Source: Myxococcota bacterium (lineage in GTDB: Bacteria > Myxococcota_A > UBA796 > SXON01). From it: DNA of 64,000 bases. The position numbers and the translations under genes were made by a program. The stretch lies in assembly GCA_040386535.1 (NCBI GenBank), contig JAZKFH010000003.1, positions 32,001-96,000 of the forward strand, written 5' to 3'. Under the pieces are notes generated by a model, which was not told where the DNA came from, searched no databases, and was given only the letters and a program-made list of their open reading frames with translations. Position 1 is the stretch's first letter, and every line of letters begins with the position of its first letter. Below, one piece after another: positions 59,421 through 64,000 of this stretch.

Positions 59421-60545
59421 ATGTACCGTGTCCTCGACTTCACTCGCGTCCTCGCCGGGCCGTGGGCCACCCAGGTGCTGGGCGACCAGGGTTTTGACGT
59501 CGTCAAGGTGGAGTCGCTCGCCGGCGACGAGACCCGCGCGTTCCTGCCTCTGCGACAGGGCGATCACGGGGGCGAGAGCGTCTACTTCGCCTGCACCAAC
59601 CGCAACAAGCGCAGCGTCGTGCTCGATCTGAAGCACCCCGACGGAGTCGCGCTAGCCCGCCGCCTCGCCGCCACGGCCGACGTGGTGATGGAGAACTTTC
59701 GCCCGGGCGTCATGGACCGGCTCGGCCTCGCCTACGACACGCTCGCGGCCGACAATGCCGGGCTCGTGTACGTCGGGATCAGCGCCTTCGGCGGCGGCGC
59801 TTGGGCGGATCGGGCTGGCTACGATCTGGTCGTGCAGAGCGTGGGCGGCATCGCCGCGTTGACCGGGGACCCGCCAATGAAGGCGGGGCCGAGCATCGCC
59901 GACCTCGCCAGCGCGCAGGTGGCGGTGCAGGCCGTGCTGTTCGCGCTGTTGGAGCGAGGGCGGACGGGCCTCGGCAAGCGGATCGACATCCGGATGATCG
60001 ACGTCGCCCACCACCTGCTCGCCTTCTACGCCTCGGCGTGGATCAACGCGGGCCAGGCGCCGCCGCCGCCGTCCAACCGGCACCCCTCGATCGCGCCCTA
60101 CAACCTGTACCGGTGCTCGGACGGCTGGCTCGCCATCTGCTGCGCGAACGACCCGTTGTGGGAGAAGCTGCGCCGGGTCCTCGCGCTCCCCTCCGGCGGC
60201 GCGACGGACGCGTGGGCCACGATCCAGGGCCGGGTGGCCGACCGCGACCGGCTCGACGCCGCGATCGACGCGGTGCTCGCCACGGACACGACCGCCGCCT
60301 GGGAGGCCCGCCTCGCCGCCGCGGGTGTGCCCTGTGGGCCGGCGCTCTCCGTGCAGGACTCCCTCGACCACCCGCTCGCGGCGCGGATCTCCACGGGGTC
60401 GTGGTCCTTTCCCGCGCCTCCCCTCCCCGCCGTGGCCCTGCGCCCCCCGCCGCGACTGGGCGAGCACACGGACGAGGTGCTCCGGGAGGCGGGCCTGGGG
60501 ACCGATGAAATCGGCCGACTTCGCGAACGGGGTGTAATAGGGTGA
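59421..60545 (+). CDS. CaiB/BaiF family III CoA-transferase
   Basis: VLDFTRVLAGP, NRNKRS, ENFRPG, GYD, PPRLGEHT. Confidence 0.93.
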   Translation: MYRVLDFTRVLAGPWATQVLGDQGFDVVKVESLAGDETRAFLPLRQGDHGGESVYFACTNRNKRSVVLDLKHPDGVALARRLAATADVVMENFRPGVMDRLGLAYDTLAADNAGLVYVGISAFGGGAWADRAGYDLVVQSVGGIAALTGDPPMKAGPSIADLASAQVAVQAVLFALLERGRTGLGKRIDIRMIDVAHHLLAFYASAWINAGQAPPPPSNRHPSIAPYNLYRCSDGWLAICCANDPLWEKLRRVLALPSGGATDAWATIQGRVADRDRLDAAIDAVLATDTTAAWEARLAAAGVPCGPALSVQDSLDHPLAARISTGSWSFPAPPLPAVALRPPPRLGEHTDEVLREAGLGTDEIGRLRERGVIG

Positions 60546-60567
60546 ACATGTGAGGCGTTGAGGCCGC

Positions 60568-62349
60568 ATGTCCAGTTCACGCTTGCTCCCCCTCGCCGTG
60601 CTCTCGAGCGCCGTCGCGCTCCTGCTCGTCGCGCCGTCCGGCGCACCTGAGTCCCAGTCCGGGGAGATGGTGCCCGCCGAACCCGGGTCCACGCCCGGGC
60701 CGATCGCGGTCGACTTCGTCGACGGGACCGACCTCGCGCTCGTACGGCAGGCCGCGGATCGTGCCGGCGTCACGCTCTCGTTCGCCACGCCGGTCTCCGA
60801 GGACGAGGCGCTGTTCGTCGCGGACGCGTCGAATCCCGCGTCCGCGCTCGCGGTGTTCCTGGCGGACCCGAACGTCGAGGCCGCCGAGCCGGTGCTGGAG
60901 ATGACGGCGTTCGAGGAGATCCCGGAGGTGCTCGACGCCCTCGGCGAGCAGGAGGCCCTCGCCCCCTCCACCATCGCCCCCGCGCCCCGCGTCTTCGGCT
61001 ACCCGAACGACCCAATGTACGAGCGCCAGTGGAACTTCCCGCTCATCGGCGCCCCCGTCGGTTGGCGCGTGGGCGGCGGCAAGGGCGTGATCGTCGCGGT
61101 CATCGACACGGGCGTCTCGCCGCTGCCCGACCTGCCGCAGGAGCGCATCCTCCCGGGCTTCTCGTTCGTGCCGGGCGCCGCGACCGCCAAGGACGACAAT
61201 GGCCACGGCACACACGTGGCCGGCACCATCGGGCAGGCCACCAACAACGGACTCGGCACCGCCGGCATCGCGCCCAACGTCAAGATCCTCCCGCTCAAGG
61301 TGCTCTCGGCGAGCGGCATGGGCATGTCCACCTGGATCGCGTCCGCCATCGACGAGGCGGTCGACCAGGGCGCCGACGTGATCAACCTCTCCCTCGGCGG
61401 CGGGCACTCCTCCATCATCGTCACGGCGGTGGAGAAGGCGCGCAAGGCCGGCGTCGTGGTCGTCGCCGCGGCCGGCAACACCGGGCGCCAGGGCATCGGC
61501 TCCCCTGCGGACGCGCCCGCGGCCATCGCCGTCACGGCGGTCGGCCCGAACGACACGCTGGCGCCGTACTCCTCGTGGGGCAAGGGCGTCGAGATCGCGG
61601 CCCCGGGCGGCGACAAGACCATCCCCGGCGGCGGGATCGTGCAAGCCACCATCCAGAAGGGCGGCGCGCAGCAGTTCGCGGAGTTCCAGGGCACGTCGAT
61701 GGCGACCCCGCACGTGGCCGGCGCGGCCGCGGTGCTCCTCGGCGCCGGCGCCCAGAGCGCGGACGAGGTCGAGCGCTACCTCAAGACCACGGCGGACGGC
61801 CGCGAGGACCCCCTCAAGTTCGGCGCCGGGCGCCTCGACCTCGGCAGCGCGGTCCGTGCGTTGCTCCTCGCCAAGCAGGGCATCCTGTTCGCGGTGGGCG
61901 CCCTGCTCACGCTCGGCCTCGGCCTGCTGGGCGGGCTCCCTGGGCGCGTGCGCATGGTGTCGCTCCTCTTCGGCGGCGCGACGGCGGGCGGCCTGTTCCT
62001 GCTCCCGCTGCTCCCCCTGCCGCCGAACACCTGGCTCGGCCTCCTCGGGCGGCCGTTCCTCACGTGGCCGGGCCCGTTCTGGTCGGGCTTCCCGCTGTGG
62101 CAGTCGTGCCTCCTCCCCCTCGGGTTCGCGGTCCTCCTCGGGCCGAGCAAGGCGCTCGGGCCCCTCGCGCTCGGCTTCTGCGGCGGCATCGGCGCCTACC
62201 TGCTCTTCGGCGCGGCCACCGGCGGCACCGACCTCTGGTGGATGCCCCTGGGCCTCGACCGCACGTGGCTCACCCTCAACGGCAGCGCCTGCCTCCTCGC
62301 GGGGATGGCGGTCGCCGGAATGCAGAAGATGCGGCGGAAGGAGGCCTGA
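60568..62349 (+). CDS. S8 subtilisin-like peptidase with C-terminal multi-TM domain
   Basis: VIDTG, NGHGTHVAG, AAGN, GTSMATPH; 4-5 C-terminal TM helices. Confidence 0.92.
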   Translation: MSSSRLLPLAVLSSAVALLLVAPSGAPESQSGEMVPAEPGSTPGPIAVDFVDGTDLALVRQAADRAGVTLSFATPVSEDEALFVADASNPASALAVFLADPNVEAAEPVLEMTAFEEIPEVLDALGEQEALAPSTIAPAPRVFGYPNDPMYERQWNFPLIGAPVGWRVGGGKGVIVAVIDTGVSPLPDLPQERILPGFSFVPGAATAKDDNGHGTHVAGTIGQATNNGLGTAGIAPNVKILPLKVLSASGMGMSTWIASAIDEAVDQGADVINLSLGGGHSSIIVTAVEKARKAGVVVVAAAGNTGRQGIGSPADAPAAIAVTAVGPNDTLAPYSSWGKGVEIAAPGGDKTIPGGGIVQATIQKGGAQQFAEFQGTSMATPHVAGAAAVLLGAGAQSADEVERYLKTTADGREDPLKFGAGRLDLGSAVRALLLAKQGILFAVGALLTLGLGLLGGLPGRVRMVSLLFGGATAGGLFLLPLLPLPPNTWLGLLGRPFLTWPGPFWSGFPLWQSCLLPLGFAVLLGPSKALGPLALGFCGGIGAYLLFGAATGGTDLWWMPLGLDRTWLTLNGSACLLAGMAVAGMQKMRRKEA

Positions 62350-62564
62350 TGAACCGGACGAAGCTGGCGGGCAAGTTGGAGCGGCGCGATCTGGAAGGTG
62401 GCGTGTGGATCCTCCACACCCCCACGGGCGAGGTGACCCTCTACGGAGACGTGCCGCACACGCTCGCCGGGCACCACGTGGAGGTCGACGGCGAGCCGAA
62501 CGAGGGCTTCGGGTTCGCCATGACGGGGCCGGCGGTCACGGTGCGAGGGATCCGCAAGGCGTAG
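62349..62564 (+). CDS. Small hypothetical protein (OB-fold-like, DUF5818-like)
   Basis: Start overlaps the S8 stop; LEGGVWIL...VEVDG...FAMTG. Confidence 0.6.
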   Translation: MNRTKLAGKLERRDLEGGVWILHTPTGEVTLYGDVPHTLAGHHVEVDGEPNEGFGFAMTGPAVTVRGIRKA

Positions 62565-62601
62565 CTGCCAGCAAGGCCCTTCGGCCTTCCACTTTCCCTT
62601 T

Positions 62602-62688
62602 TTCCTGACTTCCTGCCTCGCTTCCTGCCTTCCTGCCTCGCTTCCTGCCTCGATTCCTGCCTTTCTGCCTCGATTCCTGCCTTCCTGA
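62602..62688. repeat. Compound tandem repeat of TTCCTGCC(TCGC/TCGA), 9 units
   Basis: Mixed 8- and 12-bp units between convergent genes. Confidence 0.85.
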
Positions 62689-62706
62689 TTCTCCGACTCC
62701 GGAGAG

Positions 62707-63999
62707 TCAGGGGATCACAATCGTATACGCCTCATCGAAGAACACGCCCGGCCAAGGCCCGTTGTACCCCCCGGAATAGCAGACGCTGTCTCCGCAGGCC
62801 GAGTCACACAACGCCTCATTCAACGGTTGGGACTCGCCCGTGCCCCAATGCAGCACCAGGGCGTCCAGCCCCATGTCACAATAGTTCTGGTCCGTCGCGA
62901 CGATGCCGATCGTGTCGCCCTTCTGGGCCTCGATGGAGACCGGGGGCAGGGTGTCCTTGGTCCGGTTGGAGTCCGTGTAGACCGCCACGCCGTTGACCGT
63001 GAACGTCACGTCGTCATCGATGCCGAACCAATCGAACACCGACGCGCCGCCGCTGATGGTGTACACCACGGGCTCGTCGTGGGGCCACACGGTCACCACC
63101 GCGCTGTCCTCCCCCATGAGGCCCTCGGAGTCGTAACAACGCAGGGCGATCTCGACCTCGCCCACGGGGAGCAAGCCGGCGCCGGTGACCGCGCCGGTCG
63201 CGTCGATGTCACCCACCGCGACCCTCGTGCCGTCCGCGAACCAGCCACACAAGAGGTTGGTGGCCGGCTCGTCGCTGTCGAAGACGTACCCGGTGAAGTA
63301 CACCGTCGCGTCGTCCATGAAGTACTCGCCGTTGTCGGGATCGAGGATCTCGACCACGGGCGGCTCGTTCTCGGTGGGATTGTCGATCGTGTTGCCGAAC
63401 AGGCGCACGGCGGCGACCGGCTCTTCGGGGTCGTTCGACTCGATGTAGAGCTCGCCGACGTACGCGGACTCGTCGGGCGGGGTGAAGACGATCTCGATCG
63501 GGAAGGAGAAGCCGCGCGTGACGACGTAGGGCACCACCCAGTCGTCCGGGAGCACGAGGGTGTAGGCGAGCGCTTCCTCCCCCGGGAACGCGGCGGCGGT
63601 GATGCGCAGGTTGCCGGAGCCGGACGCGGTGACGCGGGTGGAGAGCGTGGCCGCGGTTCCCGGCGGGACGGTGCCGAAGTAGAGCAGCTCGGGATCGATG
63701 TCGATGCGGGGCAGCACGCCCATCGCCTCGAGCTCGACCGTGAGCACGGGCGCGACCTCGTCGTTGCTGGTGAGCACCACCGTGCCGAAGTCCTGCCCCT
63801 CGACGTCGGGGGTGTAACGGAGCTCGAGCACACCCTCCTCGTCGTGGCCCAGCGCCTCGGGAAAGGCGACCACCACGAAGTCGGGCGACGTGCCCGTGCC
63901 CAGCGCCACGGACTCGAACAACAGATCCCCGTAGCCGTCGTTCCGGACCCGCAGGCCCAACGTGCTCTGGTTGCCGAGCACGACCTCGCCGAAGTCGAC
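62707..63999 (-). CDS. Surface protein with choice-of-anchor D/ASH Ig-like repeats (5' truncated by window)
   Basis: VDFGEV..VRNDG, SNDEVAP, LYFGTV, ESNDPEEP, NEPPVVEI. Confidence 0.8.
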   Translation of the reverse strand, partial: VDFGEVVLGNQSTLGLRVRNDGYGDLLFESVALGTGTSPDFVVVAFPEALGHDEEGVLELRYTPDVEGQDFGTVVLTSNDEVAPVLTVELEAMGVLPRIDIDPELLYFGTVPPGTAATLSTRVTASGSGNLRITAAAFPGEEALAYTLVLPDDWVVPYVVTRGFSFPIEIVFTPPDESAYVGELYIESNDPEEPVAAVRLFGNTIDNPTENEPPVVEILDPDNGEYFMDDATVYFTGYVFDSDEPATNLLCGWFADGTRVAVGDIDATGAVTGAGLLPVGEVEIALRCYDSEGLMGEDSAVVTVWPHDEPVVYTISGGASVFDWFGIDDDVTFTVNGVAVYTDSNRTKDTLPPVSIEAQKGDTIGIVATDQNYCDMGLDALVLHWGTGESQPLNEALCDSACGDSVCYSGGYNGPWPGVFFDEAYTIVIP

Positions 64000-64000
64000 C

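Noticed and set aside
62602..62688. CRISPR array
   Set aside because: Units are 8-12 bp with no unique spacers, and no cas genes are in the window.

Overview
Very GC-rich bacterial chromosomal segment. Its gene repertoire (many short-signal lipoproteins, CotH kinases, TSP3/FG-GAP surface proteins, MxcI-like protein, Ser/Thr kinases, caspases) suggests Myxococcota; this is inference. About 50 CDS were found, and no rRNA, tRNA, CRISPR array or transposase. Ordinary content includes a Zn/Mn-type ABC uptake operon, an AlgB/KinB-like two-component system next to an APC transporter, Fpg/Nei, an acyl-CoA dehydrogenase, a CYP102-type P450-reductase fusion, Fur-boxed iron genes and a split biotin-dependent carboxylase (liu-like) cluster. 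The best candidate for an undescribed system is at 18.6-28.8 kb: a catalytically dead CHAT protein, an intact CHAT protease, a C14 caspase, a small 3-TM protein and a ~1500-aa cytoplasmic polyprotein (unknown beta domain + neutral ceramidase + metallophosphoesterase). The polyprotein's domain junctions carry a recurring acidic-T-R-G motif, and related TR motifs occur in the two intact proteases, which suggests a CRISPR-independent proteolytic cascade that releases a lipid-hydrolysing effector. Other notable items are a kinase-globin-STAND-TPR fusion, a pseudokinase-FGE protein, an ECF sigma/anti-sigma/caspase operon, altered NADPH-binding residues in the CYP102 reductase, and an in-frame palindromic element inside a biotin carrier gene. 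All family calls come from motif recognition by eye, not from database searches.
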